Source: the human T2T-CHM13v2.0 reference genome, Homo sapiens
Direction: 5' to 3' (one strand)
Assembly (NCBI RefSeq): GCF_009914755.1
Contig: NC_060929.1
Length of the DNA stretch: 64,000 bases
How positions within the stretch are numbered: position 1 is the first letter of the stretch; every line of letters begins with the position of its first letter. Made by a program: the position numbers and the translations under genes. The notes beneath the pieces are model-generated. The model did not search any database. It was not told the origin of the DNA and saw only the letters and a program-made list of their open reading frames with translations. Below are positions 1 through 20,472 of the stretch, piece by piece.

Positions 1-140
1 CACTACGGAGGAAAGAAAGGCAGAGAGAATAGTACAAGTTTGAGAGGTGATGAAACACATTTGTTTTCCTTCAAATATGGGTGTTTTCTCATGCACCATG
101 TTGGAAAGGTTTCTGCACATACAAAGAGCCAAGAGGTAGA

Positions 141-826
141 AGAAAAAATGTTTAACATTGCTAATCACTGGGGAAATGCAAATCCAAACCACAATGAGGT
201 ATCACTTCATTTCTGATAAAATGGCTACTATCAAAAAGACAAAAAGCAAGCATTGCTGGCGAGGACGCAAAGAAAGAGGAACTCTCGTACGCTGTTGGTG
301 GGAATGTAAATTACTACAGCCATTATGGGAAACAGTATGGTGATTCCTTAAAAAACTAAAAATAGAATTACCATATGATCCAACAATCCCACTACTGGGG
401 ATATATCCCAAAGAAAGGAAATCAATTAAAGAGATATTTACTCTCCCATGTTTATTACAGCACTATGCACGATAGCCAAGATATAGAAGCAACCTACGTG
501 TCCATCAATGGATGAATGGATAAAGAAAATGTGGTATATGGCCAGGTGCGGTGACTCACGCCTATAAGCCCAGCACTTTGGGAGGCCGAGGTGAGTGGAT
601 CGCCTGAGGTCAGGAGTTCAAGACCAGCCTGACCAATATGGTGAAACCCCGTCTCTACTAAAAATACAAAAATTAGCCAGGCATGGTGGCAGGCGCCCAT
701 AGTCCCAGCTACTTGGGAGGCTGAGGCAGGAGAATGGCGTGGACCCAGGAGGCAGAGCTTGCAGTGAGCCGAGATAGAGATAGTGCCACTGCAGTCCGGC
801 CTAGGCAAAAGAGCGAGACTCCGTCT

Positions 827-859
<33 letters not shown>

Positions 860-1438
860 AAGAAAAAAAAAAAGAAAATGTGGTATATAAACACAGTAGA
901 ATATTCAGCCATAAAAAAAGAATGAAACTCAGTCATTTGCAACAACATGGATGGAAACAGAGTTTATTAATATTGTGTTAAGTTAAGCTAGGCACAGAAA
1001 GACAAATATTGCATGTTCCCACTCATACATGAGAGCTAAAAAAGTTGATCTCATGAAAGTGGAGAATAGAATGATAGTCACTGGAGTCTACAAAGGATAG
1101 GGGAAAAGGGGTATGAAGAAAGGCAGGTTAATGGGTACAAAAATACAGTTAGTTAGAACATGAGGAAAAAGGGAAAAAATACAATTAAATAGAAGGAATA
1201 AGTCCTAGTGTTTGATAGCATAGTGGGGTGCCTATTGTTATTAATAATTTCTTGTGTATTTCAAAATAACTAGAAGAGAACATTTGAAATGTTCTCAGCA
1301 CAAAGAAATTTAAATGTTTCAAGAAATGAATATCCCAACTACCCTGATTCGATCATTGTACATTGTATGTATATATCAAAATAACACATATGTAGCCCAT
1401 AAATATGTATAGTTATTTTGTATCCATTTAAAAAAAAA
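141..1438 (+). mobile_element. Old L1 (L1MA-type) 3' end: ORF2 C-terminus plus 3' UTR, interrupted by an Alu
   Basis: ORF 158-343 (MQIQTTMRYH...CWWECKL) is the ORF2 C-terminal Cys-rich region; L1M-type 3' UTR ends in an A-run at about 1430-1438. Confidence 0.9.
540..870 (+). mobile_element. Alu, chimeric: AluS-type left arm, AluY-type right arm
   Basis: Full dimer with long A-tail; TSD aaagaaaatgtggtatat at 522-539 and 871-888. Confidence 0.95.
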
Positions 1439-2739
1439 TGGACTTTTGTAAAACTGCAAGGGCCATTCAATATTATCTTGTCCTAGAAGCACAGATTGTG
1501 ACAACTGGTCATTTAAAAAGCCAGGTCTCTCATTTCAAATATGGGAGAGCCAGAGCAATTTAGACATATTCCCAGTGTCAACAGTTAGTGCCCGAGACGC
1601 AGCTGCAGCTCAGGCCAGAACACTTGGCTCTATACCACCAGGATGCAAAGAACTTCACTGGCCAAAACTGAGTGTGTACACTTGCATCATCCAAAACCCA
1701 AAAACAACGTGCAGAAAAGAAACCTTACATAAAGCCTCACCCCAGCAAAACAAAACAAAAAGCAAACACTTCTAAAAACAGAGGGAATGATAAGAATTAT
1801 CACAATTCTCACCAGAACAAATTCTCCTGGCTTATTGATTATATGAATAACACCCATAGAGGAAATCTCTTTTCCCCAATTTATCTGACCACTTATTTCT
1901 GTGTCTCTTCTTCAGTTGCTGTTTCCAATATAAGCCCAAATTACCCCAGCCTAAAACCCCCAGACCAGTCTCTGGATAAACCTCTGTGTAACAAGGCAGG
2001 ACAGAGACCCTCCACAGAAGGAAGCCTGGTAGGGAGAGGGGAGGGATGCAGAAATGAAGTGAGCTTCTGCTTCACTGAGGCCCAAACCAGTGCATGGAAA
2101 TCCATCACACAATAGCAAGTCCTCTGGAAACTTCTACATAGAAGGTTTCAGAACACTTACTCAGGTAAAGCCACCAAAACTCAATCATCAGCCAGAGAAT
2201 GAGAGGTTCTTTGGACATTTTGACGGTTGACCGGACCCAGGAGTCTGTCTATCTATCCAAAGCCCAACCTCTTATATCCCAGTTAATGCTGACAGGGTGG
2301 GACTCCTTAGTTTCATTTCTCTTTTTGCCTCATAATCTTCCCTTTCTCCTGTCCTACATGGCTTCCCCCAATGGGCGATGCATGATGAAATGTGCTGAGC
2401 CCTTTTCTCCTGGTGACTAGTGTGTGTGTGGAGGGATGGCGTGGACATACTTGTGCTTCTTTGTCCATGTGTATAGTGGGTTTCCTATATGTGCACAAGC
2501 ATCCATGCATGTGCTGGTGCAAATATGCCTGTATAACCTGTGCATGTGCCACAGTTGTCCCAACTGCTGTACAGCCTGTCACAAAGTGCAATTGACTCTC
2601 CATACTGGCAAGTGTTTACATGTAGATTCCTCATGGGGCCAAAGCATAGTTAGACTGAAAGTTGCCTCCATTCCCATTCTAGGTTCTCCCTCACCCTGTC
2701 CCCTGGCCTCCTTGCCCTAATAATGGAGAAAGAAAAGTG

Positions 2740-2890
2740 AGGACAGGCACAGTGGCTCACACCTGTAATCCTAGCACTTAGGGAGGCCGAGATGGGAGGA
2801 TCGCTTGAGGCCAGGAGTTTGAGACCAGCCTGATCAACATGGCGAAACCCCATCTCAATTTTTTATTTAAAAAAAAGTTTAATAAAAAAA
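2740..2890 (+). mobile_element. Alu left monomer (FLAM-like)
   Basis: ggacaggcacagtggctcac...aaaccccatctc followed by an AT-rich tail; no right arm. Confidence 0.85.
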
Positions 2891-3169
2891 TTAAATTTTT
2901 TTTTAAGTTTTAGGAAGACACTGAAGCCCAGAACTTCCTGATTCCAAAGCTTATGGTTAATCACTACATTGTCCTTTGACCTGTGACCGTTTGGGTAATG
3001 TATCCATATGATGAGGCCTACCTGTGGCTAGCTCCTACTTAGTACCAGGAAGAAAATATAAGAATTCACAAATGTTCTAGATTTTTAAAAATCCTTAATT
3101 GATTGTAAACAGCCAGCAAACCTCAAACATTCAACATTGCTTCTACTGAAGGTATCAGTGAAAAATCTA

Positions 3170-4940
<1,771 letters not shown>

Positions 4941-4944
4941 GGAA

Positions 4945-5525
4945 CTGTTTCACTGCATCACAAACCACCCCAAAACCTAGTGCCTGAACAATGTCAATGT
5001 ACTTTTCATGATTCCCTGGGATGACAGTGTTCAGCTGGGTAGCTCTCACCCAGTGACAGTGGCTATCTCAAGACTAGATTGGACTATTTGTCCAAGATAA
5101 CTTTCTCACTCACATGACTGATCATCCAAAATGACACTTCTAGCTGGACTTGTATGTCTAGCAAATTAATAGAATGACTAGAAGAGATAGGGGCTGGACT
5201 GACAACTGTCTCTCTCCACATGACCTTTCTACATGGAAGCTTGGGCTTCCTTACAGTATGGTGGTCTCAGAGTAGTTGGATTTTTTACATAGGATCTGGC
5301 TTTCTCAAAAATTAGCATTCCAACATGCTCAGGAATAATCCACAAAGGTTCTTATGACCTAGCCTTAGGTAACATTCAGTATCATTTTTACAGTATTTTA
5401 TTGGTCAAAAGGCAAATTATAAGGCCATCCCAGAGAATTCAAGTGGAGGGAGCAATACAAGGATGTGAATGCGAGGAAGTGTGGTTCATTGGAGTGGTAG
5501 GGGAAGCATCTTTGGAGAATAATTA
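4945..5525 (-). mobile_element. MLT1-family MaLR LTR (old)
   Basis: ctgcatcacaaaccaccccaaaacctagtg... and cttatgacctagcc...ttggtcaaa...aaggccatcccag are typical reverse-strand MLT1 motifs. Confidence 0.7.
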
Positions 5526-5677
5526 CTTTAATAACCACCTCAGGCTGGGGCAGAAGAGCAGAGGAATAAGCCTTGGGGTGGTGGTAGTGAGTGTCACGAA
5601 TAAGCTCATGTACTTAGGTAATTTGAAAATAACTTTGATAGGTGTTTGGCAGATATGATGGAATACTTGGGATGAAT

Positions 5678-6414
<737 letters not shown>

Positions 6415-6486
6415 CTAAGTGTGAAAGATATTAATAGTTACATGCTGATAATAATGTAAAATCTGGCTACTGGCTTAATACACCAT

Positions 6487-6808
6487 TTTTATTTTTATTT
6501 ATTTATTTTTTTGACACAGGGTCTTACTCTGTCACCCAAGCTGGAGTGCAGTGGTGCGATCTTGGCTCACTGCATGGAATACTTCGGATAAATCTCTGCC
6601 TCCAGGGTGCAAGTGATTCATGCCTCAGCCTCCCAAGTAGCTGAGATTACAGTCATGCACCACAATGCCCGGCTAATTTTTGTATTTTTAGTAGAGATGG
6701 GATTTCACCATGTTGGCCAGGCTGGTCTTGAACTCCTGGCCTCAAGTGGTCTGCCTGCCTCAGCCTCCCAAAGTGCTGGGATTACAGAAATGAGCCACTG
6801 TGCCCCAA
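6487..6808 (-). mobile_element. AluS carrying a 17-nt non-Alu insertion
   Basis: Reverse Alu; extra tggaatacttcggataa at 6575-6591. Confidence 0.92.
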
Positions 6809-7076
6809 CTTAACACATATTTTGATTTGACTACACTGGAAAAATTGGTAGAGAGGAAGCGGGGTGGGGGTGTAAGAAAGCCAAAGTCTATTCACCTTTA
6901 CAGGGAGTCAACAAATAGTGTCTCAAATTGGTCAATCAGACAATACCAGCATAAACACGCTGTGAGTAATATGAAGGTAAAAACCAGAAGAACAAGCTCA
7001 AAAGAGTTTAATGCAAAAAAGTGGGAAAGAAATTCACTATTTTTTTAGTTATAAACCTTTTACAACTTGACTATTA

Positions 7077-8882
<1,806 letters not shown>

Positions 8883-9099
8883 AATGCACATATTCCTTTG
8901 TTTTAAGAGTGTAAATGTTAAAAGTAATCTAGTATCTGGAGGGGTCAAACACCGGAAAAAGAGACTAAACTTGGTTGTCTCTTCCTAAGTTAGATTCCAT
9001 GATCAAGTTTCAGAATATTCACAAACATCCTAATATTTGATGCTCAGTTTTTATTAAAGCATATTATTGACAGAGTCCAAAGCAGTGCTGGATATTTCA

Positions 9100-9545
9100 T
9101 GTTTTTGCCACCTTCATTCTCTGCATTTGGAGGTTTGCCTCTGGAGAACCGGACTTCCCTCATTCTCAGTCAATGCAGTTCAGGTGGCGTTGATTTCATT
9201 CATGGGCACAATTGGCTCAAGGATAGGCAATTGACTCAAATGAAGTCAAGGATACACAATCTTGAGATGTTTATTGTGACTTTTAACAGATAGAGACCCT
9301 CTCTATTTTCCTGTGGTCTGAGCTGTGAGGAAGTGAGCTGGAAGCTAATGTCAGCAGTCTTGCCACCAACGAGGAAAGCCTACCTCACAAGAGAACCAAT
9401 CAAGCAGAAGGCAAGTGAGGAACTAAAGCAAGTCTAGGTCTATGACATGAGTGGAATCCCTGAAACAAGGCACATCAATGAGGCAATACATTTCCTTCTG
9501 GGCTTAAGTCAATTTGCATTGGGTTTGCAGTCATTTGGAATCTTA
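9100..9545 (+). mobile_element. Old MLT1-like LTR fragment
   Basis: 3' motif caatacatttccttctgggcttaagtcaatttgcattgggtttgcagtcatttg; the 5' boundary is uncertain. Confidence 0.55.
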
Positions 9546-9633
9546 AATCTGAAAAAAACAAAAACAAAAAAACCCTCTGCAAAGCGAGAATTTGGCTGGA
9601 TGATTTTAAAGTTTTTCCTATTTTAAGAGTTTA

Positions 9634-9996
<363 letters not shown>

Positions 9997-10347
9997 TCAC
10001 CTCAACCTTTTAATCATTCAGCAAGTGCCTGTCAACCTATTATGCTTAGACATGTGAGAATTCTGTTAGGCCCTGAGAATAAAGACAAATAAGGCATAGA
10101 TTTTACCTTTACAGACCTGACAGTTCCAAACCTTTAAACAAAGAAGGGATTATCAGACCCCATTTTACAATAAAGCCATGACGCCAGAGAAGATAAAAGA
10201 CTCTTATGTAATGGGATGAAAATAGAATCCAGGTTTTTCTGGATAAAGAGTCCTTTATAGTACCAATACTTTCTTTCTGGTAAATGGCATTATTAAATAA
10301 AATCCCATTCGTTCATTTTTATTCATTCGTTTCTTCATCATCTATAG

Positions 10348-10562
10348 CAAGGGTCAGCAAATTAAGGCCCATGGACCAAATATAGCCCAATGCCCATATT
10401 TGTAAATAAACTTTTATTGCAACACTGTCACTTCCATTTTTTAGCATATGGCTGCTTTCACACTACAATAATAGAGTTCAATAATTGCAACAGATATCAT
10501 ATGGTCCACAAACCCAACAATATTTGCTATCTAGTCCTAACAGAAAATGTTTGCCAACCCAT
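10348..10562 (+). mobile_element. MER58A-like hAT-Charlie MITE
   Basis: caagggtcagcaaa...tttgccaaccc terminal inverted repeats; internal gtaaataaacttttattg. Confidence 0.8.
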
Positions 10563-10679
10563 TGAGTTCATGTTATGTGTAGGCACTGTGCTAAGCCCTG
10601 AGACTGTCATATCAGATGAGTCATTCTTGCCTTCAATAAACTCACAACCTAGGCGCTAGGGAAATGGAAAAGGAATGAA

Positions 10680-10850
10680 CATTCACTAAGCTGTGGCTAT
10701 GTGCTAAACACTCTGCTAGGTCTTGTTCACATGTAATCCCAGCAACAAACCCTCAAAGGAGGTATTATATTTGGCACTATACGTACAAGGAAAGAGGGAT
10801 TGGAAGACATTGAAAACTTAACTCGAAATATAGCTTTTACTGCCTAGTAT
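10680..10850 (-). mobile_element. MIR fragment
   Basis: ctatgtgctaaacactctgctagg...aatcccagcaacaaaccctcaaaggaggtattat MIR core-like sequence. Confidence 0.55.
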
Positions 10851-11821
10851 ATTCGAGCTGATATCAGGACAAGAATAGAGATTCACTCAAATCACCCCGA
10901 GGAGGAGGTTACTCATGACAAGGGCACAGGCAATCTGGAATCAGCACCTCATTAGGAAACATCAAGGTGTTACTTCTGCTCTTCTCTGGGGTATCTCTTT
11001 CTGTCCCTCTCTGAACCTCTCCCCTGACCAGCTTTCTCATAAGGTTAGCTTTCTCATGGTCCTTATTATACACCCTAGCCCCAAATCCTCTAAGTAACCC
11101 TCAACCCAGCTCTCTGAGCTCACTCACTCATTCTTTCTATTCTAAATGCCAGATTCCTGAGGGAGAACTTGAGCCCCTCTGGTTCGCATTTTCCAAGGTA
11201 AGCCTCAGATTGTTTTCCACTGGCTGCCTCTGTGACTGGCTACCCTGAGATCAGCCTTACCCTGGAGAAGAAAGATCCCACCGTGCAGAATGCTACCATT
11301 CCATTTGCAGTTTCAGCAATTGGGCTGTGGATGGAGTATGGTTGCTCAGAAGTGGCTGGGTTTGGTAGGCAATGACTAACAAATCTAGTACAAATAGAAA
11401 TTTTTTATGAGTCTGTTGCCAAAACAATCATTTAAGTCACTTAGGAATCCAGTCAACTGGAAGGAACAGAAAGTCCAATTCACAGAAGCCTAAACATATA
11501 AGGAGCTTGTTTTTTCTCTCATAAAAAGAAGCCTGGATGTAGACAGCCCAAGGAATCAAAAATATCATCAAGGAGCCAGACTCTTCTCTTTCTGTTCCTC
11601 CATACTGGTTTGTCACACCCTGGTCACAGGAGGGCTGAGGTACTTCTGGACATCAAGTTCATGTTTGGGAAGGGCAAAGGGGAGACAGAAAGGCTTTCAC
11701 ATTGTTAGTCTTTGACTTTTTATTTGGGAAGAGAAGCCCTTCTCAGCAGACTTGACTTATCCAGAACTAAGCCACCAGCTTACCCCCAAATCTATTGCAT
11801 GAGGTGGCTATGACTGGTTTA

Positions 11822-12890
11822 TTTATTTATTTTTATTTTTTATTTTTCCATAAGTTATTGGGGTACAGGTGGTATTTGGTTACATGAGTAAGTTCTTTAG
11901 TGGTGATCTGTGAGATTTTGGTGCACCCATCACCCAAGCAGTACACACTGCACCATGTTTGTAGTCTTTTATCCCTTACCCTCCTCCCACTCTTCCCCAC
12001 AAGTCCTCCCCAAAGTCCACTCTACCATTCTTATGCCTTTGCATCCTCATAGCTTAGCTCCCACATATCAGTGAGAACATACGATGTTCGGTTTCCCATT
12101 CCTGAGTTACTTCACTTAGAATAATAGTCTCCACTCTCATCCAGGTCACTGCAAATGCTGTTAACTCATTCCTTTTTATAGCTACATAGTATTCCACACC
12201 ACAGTTTCTTTATCTGCTCATTGATTGATGGGCATTTGGGTTGGTTCCAAGATTTTGCAATTGTGAATTGTGTTGCTATAAACATGTGTGTGCAAGTGTC
12301 CTTTTCAAGTAAAGACTTCTTTTCCTCTGGGTAAAATCCTACCCAGTAGTGGGATTGCTGGATCAAATGGTAGATCTACTGTTAGTTCTTTAAGGAATCT
12401 CCACACTGTTTTCCATACTGGCTGTACTAGTTAACATTCCCACTAGCAATGTAGAAGTGTTCCCCATTCACCACATTCACGCCAACATCTACTGTTTTGT
12501 TTTTTTTCTATTTTTTAATTATGGTCATTCTCACGGGAGTAAGGTGGTATCTCATTGTGGTTTTGATTTGCATTTCCCTGATCATTAGTGATGCTGAGCA
12601 TTTTTTATATAATTATTTGGCCATTTGTATATCTTCTTTTGAGAATTGTCTATTTATGTCCTTAGCCCACTTTTGATGGGATTTTTTTTTTTTTCTTTCT
12701 GATTTGAGTTCATTGTAGATTCTGGATTTAGTCCTTTATCAGATGTATAGATTGTGAAGATTTTCTCCCACTCTGTGGGTTGTCTATTTATGCTGCTGAC
12801 TGCTCTTTTTTGCCGTGCAAAAGCTCTTTAGTTTAATTAGGTCCCAGCTATTTATCTTTGTTTTTATTGCATTTCCTTTTGGGTTCTTGG
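11822..12890 (-). mobile_element. 5'-truncated L1PB1-like element inserted in an older MLT1-like LTR (about 11410-12930)
   Basis: ccataagttattggggtacaggtggtatttggttacatgag 3' end; perfect TSD tatgactggttta at 11809-11821 and 12891-12903. Confidence 0.9.
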
Positions 12891-13653
12891 TATGACTGGT
12901 TTAGACCAATCAGGCCTACGCCTTGAGCCTGGGGTAGGGATCTAGGGTCCTTCAGATTGGGAGATGAAACCTGCTGGTTCCCTGAAGAAAATTAGAGTCC
13001 TGTTAGAAGAAGAAAAGGCTGTTGCCTGAGCAATGGACAGCAGAGCACAGAGACCAAGTACATACAACCCTGTGGCTGATTCAATGCCAGGCTTCTAATA
13101 GATAATAAGTACCTGAAGAATGAATGAATGAATGAGTCAACATTTTGATTCATTAATAGGAGAAAATAACACAAAGTGGAAAGAAGGTAAGAGTGGCTGT
13201 CAGAAGATGTAAATATTTCAGAAATCTTCGTGAGACCCTGTCTCACCTCTGAAATTTATTTTCTTTATTTGTAAAAAAGGATTGAATAATGCCTTCAGTG
13301 TAGAGTCTATTTGAGAATTAAGTGAGATTACTTATGGGCAAGTTCTTTAAAGTCATAAGACGTAGGAAAAAGTTTCAACTTATAAGCAAAGGAAAAAAGA
13401 TGGGAAGAAGCTGGCATGAGTCAATTGGCCTCATAAATCAACCTGACAAAGGGAGGATCCACAAATAGAAAAGGAGAAATGGAGCTTGGGTGGATACATG
13501 TTGCAGTTGCGTCAAAAAGTCATTGTTACATTAGTTTTACTCTCGGAAGAGGAAAGAGTTTCCATCTGAAGAAATACAGAAAGTACTGAAATATTGGAAA
13601 CCCAACTTTTATTCTGCCGGCAAGGCCAGATGTTTGTTAAGAAATTGAAAGTG

Positions 13654-13800
13654 GATCACGCATGGTGGCTCATGCCTATAATCTCAGCAACTTATGGAGG
13701 CTGAGGTGGGAGGATCGCCTGAGCCTGGGAGGTTGATGCTTCAGTGATCTATGATTGCACCACTGCTATCCAGCCTGGGTGACAGAGCAAGACCCATTCG
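13654..13800 (+). mobile_element. Alu monomer (FRAM-like)
   Basis: Single monomer; TSD aagaaattgaaag / aagaattgaaag brackets the monomer plus the GA tract. Confidence 0.8.
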
Positions 13801-13933
13801 AAAAAAGAAACAGAGAGTGAGAAGAAAAGAGAAAAAAAGAGAGAGAGAGAGGAAGGAAAGAAAGAAAGGAAGAAAGAGTGGGGGGAGGGAGGGAGGGAGG
13901 GAAGAAAGAAAGAAAGAGAGAAAGAAAGAAGGA

Positions 13934-13980
<47 letters not shown>

Positions 13981-14108
13981 GAGGGAGGGAGGGAGGGAGG
14001 GAGGGAGGGAAGGAAGGAAGAAAGAGAAAGAAAGAAAAGAGAGAAAGAGAGAGCGGGAGGGGGAAGAGAGAGAGGGAAAGAGGGAGGGAGGAAGGAAGGA
14101 AGGAAGGC
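13801..14108 (+). repeat. Complex purine microsatellite (GAAA)n/(GGGA)n/(GA)n derived from the Alu tail
   Basis: About 310 bp almost purine-only; uninterrupted purine run 13880-14053. Confidence 0.95.
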
Positions 14109-14587
14109 AAGAATTGAAAGCGGAAGAACTGGATGTAAGAATCAAAAAGTACAGCATTAAACTCCCCTGGAAATATCCTGGTTGGTGCAAATATAGTGAA
14201 ATTACTTCTTCCAGGTGCCATAGTGTGGGACCTCAGATGCATATAAATGGCTGCCATTGGCAATTGAGTTTAATTTTATTTCATATAGCCTTAATTATTT
14301 TTACAAATATTCTAGTTTTCTTCTAGGTACATAATAGTGTAATATGCCCCCATCACCATGATGCTCATTATGGACACATGACTGAATTTGGCAAGTGCAT
14401 GTAACTAAAAGTGTCATGGACCACTTGCAGGTGGAAGCCTAAAAGAATTGGTGTACAATTCACTATGTTTCCTTTGTCTGGCTTCAAATAGTGAAAGACT
14501 CCAAACCTGGGTCTCTGATTAAGGATGATGTTAAGTAGAGCCCCACCCTCCACCCCCATGATCCTCAATGGAAACATGTAAAAATAA

Positions 14588-14914
<327 letters not shown>

Positions 14915-15058
14915 TAAACCACTAAATTATTGTTTGTTTAACCACAGCATAATCTTACATATTCTGACTAATACCTCAGTCATGTGGAACCAGTAATGAG
15001 AAGTGGTTAAGAACATTCTTTGGAGTGAGACAGTCTGGGATCAACGACTTTGACACCA

Positions 15059-15190
15059 GGCCAGCTGTGGTGGCCCACGCCTGTAATCCCAGAACTTTGA
15101 GAGATCAAGGCAGGCAGATTGCTTGAGCTTAGGAGTTTGAGGCCAGCCTAGGCACCATAGCGAGACCCATCTCATTATTAAAAAAAAATT
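15059..15190 (+). mobile_element. FLAM-like Alu monomer
   Basis: Left monomer with A-tail. Confidence 0.85.
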
Positions 15191-15267
15191 AAAAGGTTCT
15201 GACATTAGCTACATCTCCAACCATTCTGCACCCTTGTGCCTGGCTCCTGTTTCTCTCTCAGTCCAGA

Positions 15268-15417
15268 GCTGTGGTTCTCAGATCTGGTTACATCTTAAAA
15301 TCACAAGAGGGATGCAGATTCCACCCCTAGACATGACTTCATTGGTCTGGGCGGGGGCCTAGGCATTAGCATTTTTTTTTTTAACTTAAATGTATAGCTA
15401 GGTCTGAGAACCACTTG
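15268..15417. mobile_element. MER5A-like DNA transposon
   Basis: gtggttctcaga...tctgagaaccac terminal inverted repeats. Confidence 0.75.
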
Positions 15418-15594
15418 CCTAAAATTCCCTAATCTTATTTAATTGGTTCACCCTTCAAACTCAGACTGAATCTTCTCCAACACATCTTCTTAAGTGCAAG
15501 TTCCCACTTGAGCTCCAGTGGGAACTTCAGCAACCTGGGCACACCTTGTCTCTGTAATTAGAACATTATATTAAGATTATCCATTTTCATATCT

Positions 15595-15900
15595 TTTTTT
15601 TTTTTTTTTTTTTTTTTTTGAGATGTAGTCTTGCTCTGTTGCCCAGGCTGGAGTGCAGTGGTGCAATCTTGGCTCACTGCAACCTCCACCTCCCAGGTTC
15701 AAGCAATTCTTCTGCCTCACCCTCCCCAAGTAGCTGGGATTACAGGTGTGCACTACAATGCTCAGCTAATTTTTGCATTTTTGGTAGAGATGGGGTTTTG
15801 CTGTGTTGGCCAGGCTGGTCTAGAGTTCCTGACCTTGTGATCCACCTGCCTCAGCCTCCCAAAGTGCTGGAATTACAGGCGTGAACCACCATGCCCAGCC
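15595..15900 (-). mobile_element. AluS
   Basis: Poly-T followed by reverse Alu; TSD ttcatatct. Confidence 0.93.
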
Positions 15901-16133
15901 TTCATATCTATTTTCTAACCACAGTGTGATCTCCTGGAACACAGGAACTGTAGTGAAATCATCTCATAGCCCCAGCACTTAACATAGACCCTGCCATCAT
16001 ATATCAAAGTATATACCCAATAAATACTTATTGATCTCAACAGAGAAAAGACCACGTGATTAAAAATTAAGAAACCATTGATGACCTTTGAGAAAATAGC
16101 TTTAAGGGAAGGGTGGAAGAAATGACCATTGTT

Positions 16134-16315
16134 GGCCAGGCACGGTGGCTCACTCCTGTAATCCCAGCACTTTGGGAGGCCGAGGCTGGCAGATCACGAG
16201 GTCAGGAGTTCAAGACCAGCCTGAACAACGTGGTGAAACCCCATCTCTACTAAAAATACAAAAATTAGCCAGGCGTGGTGGTGCCTGTAAAAAAATAAAA
16301 ATAAATAAAAAATAA
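16134..16315 (+). mobile_element. AluSg-like element lacking most of the right arm but ending in an A-tail
   Basis: Left arm, linker and 'gccaggcgtggtggtgcctgt', then directly aaaaaaataaaaataaa. Confidence 0.85.
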
Positions 16316-16580
16316 GATAAGAAACTGTCAACAGGTGCGTTTCAGAAGAAAAGTAAAATTATTTTAATCAGGATTCAAAATGGGAGACAGAGGTGGAGAA
16401 AAGAGCACAGGTGTACAAAATGTCAAATATGGTTATTTTTATGTGGTAGGATTTGGGTGGTATGTTTTTTTCATTCCAGCAGGTGCTCACTAAGTAATAG
16501 TCAGATGAATAGATTTTCCTTGCATGAGTGAATGCATGTATTTTCTTCACAGGTGTAGAACTAAGTTCATCATACATTTT

Positions 16581-16891
<311 letters not shown>

Positions 16892-16959
16892 TCATCATAC
16901 ATTTTAAGGCACAGTGTCATCATGGGTCTGGTAAGCCTCCTCAGATTTTTCCTGATATC

Positions 16960-19330
<2,371 letters not shown>

Positions 19331-19660
19331 TCAGCATGGGTTGCTTTTCCAAAAACATTTTATGAAACAAATGGAAAAAAGAAAACACAAATGAAAAGTT
19401 TGCCTTTGCAAAGGAACAAGGCTATTTCTTCCTCTAAAATAAGGAGTGAAACAAGAAAGATTAAAGATACAGAAAAATGTAGTCAATTAAGTGGAGAAAG
19501 CCAAACAGTTCACTCCTTAAGTTGAAGTAGTCCTGAGGGGTTTAAACCTCATCCCCTGAAGAGGAAAATACTTTCCTGTTAGAAAACTCAGTTCAGTCAT
19601 TATGAATTAGAGAGTTACTAGTTACTAGGGAAACAACCCTTTTCAAAAATGGTTACAAAG

Positions 19661-19787
19661 ACCAGGTGCAGTGGCTCACACCTGTAATCCCAACATGCTG
19701 GGAGGATCACTTGAGCCCAAGAGTTCAAGACAAGCCTGGGCAACGTAGTGAGACTCTGTCTCTACAAGAAATAAAATAAAATAAAAA
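19661..19787 (+). mobile_element. FLAM-like monomer
   Basis: TSD aaaaatggtta. Confidence 0.85.
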
Positions 19788-19988
19788 ATGGTTATATAAA
19801 CCAAGAATTGAAGAGCCAAGCCTTTACAGCAAAAAGAAAACAAAGATCAGAATGAAATCTAAACGATATATTCTCCACATACTCCCTCATGTAGAAAGAA
19901 GAAGAGTCTGTACTAAATGATACCTAAACTTCCTTTTGTCTCAAATCTCTGAAAATAGTCTTTTTAGAAAATGAACAAGTGGGGGTAG

Positions 19989-20472
<484 letters not shown>

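Noticed and set aside
1672-2115. 147-aa ORF in non-repeat sequence
   Set aside because: No recognisable domain, non-ATG start and a low-complexity A-rich N-terminus.
2400-2640. Cys/Val-rich ORFs
   Set aside because: Decayed TG-rich low-complexity sequence.
13741-14326. Long Lys/Glu/Arg-rich and Phe/Leu/Ser-rich ORFs
   Set aside because: These are translations of the purine microsatellite.
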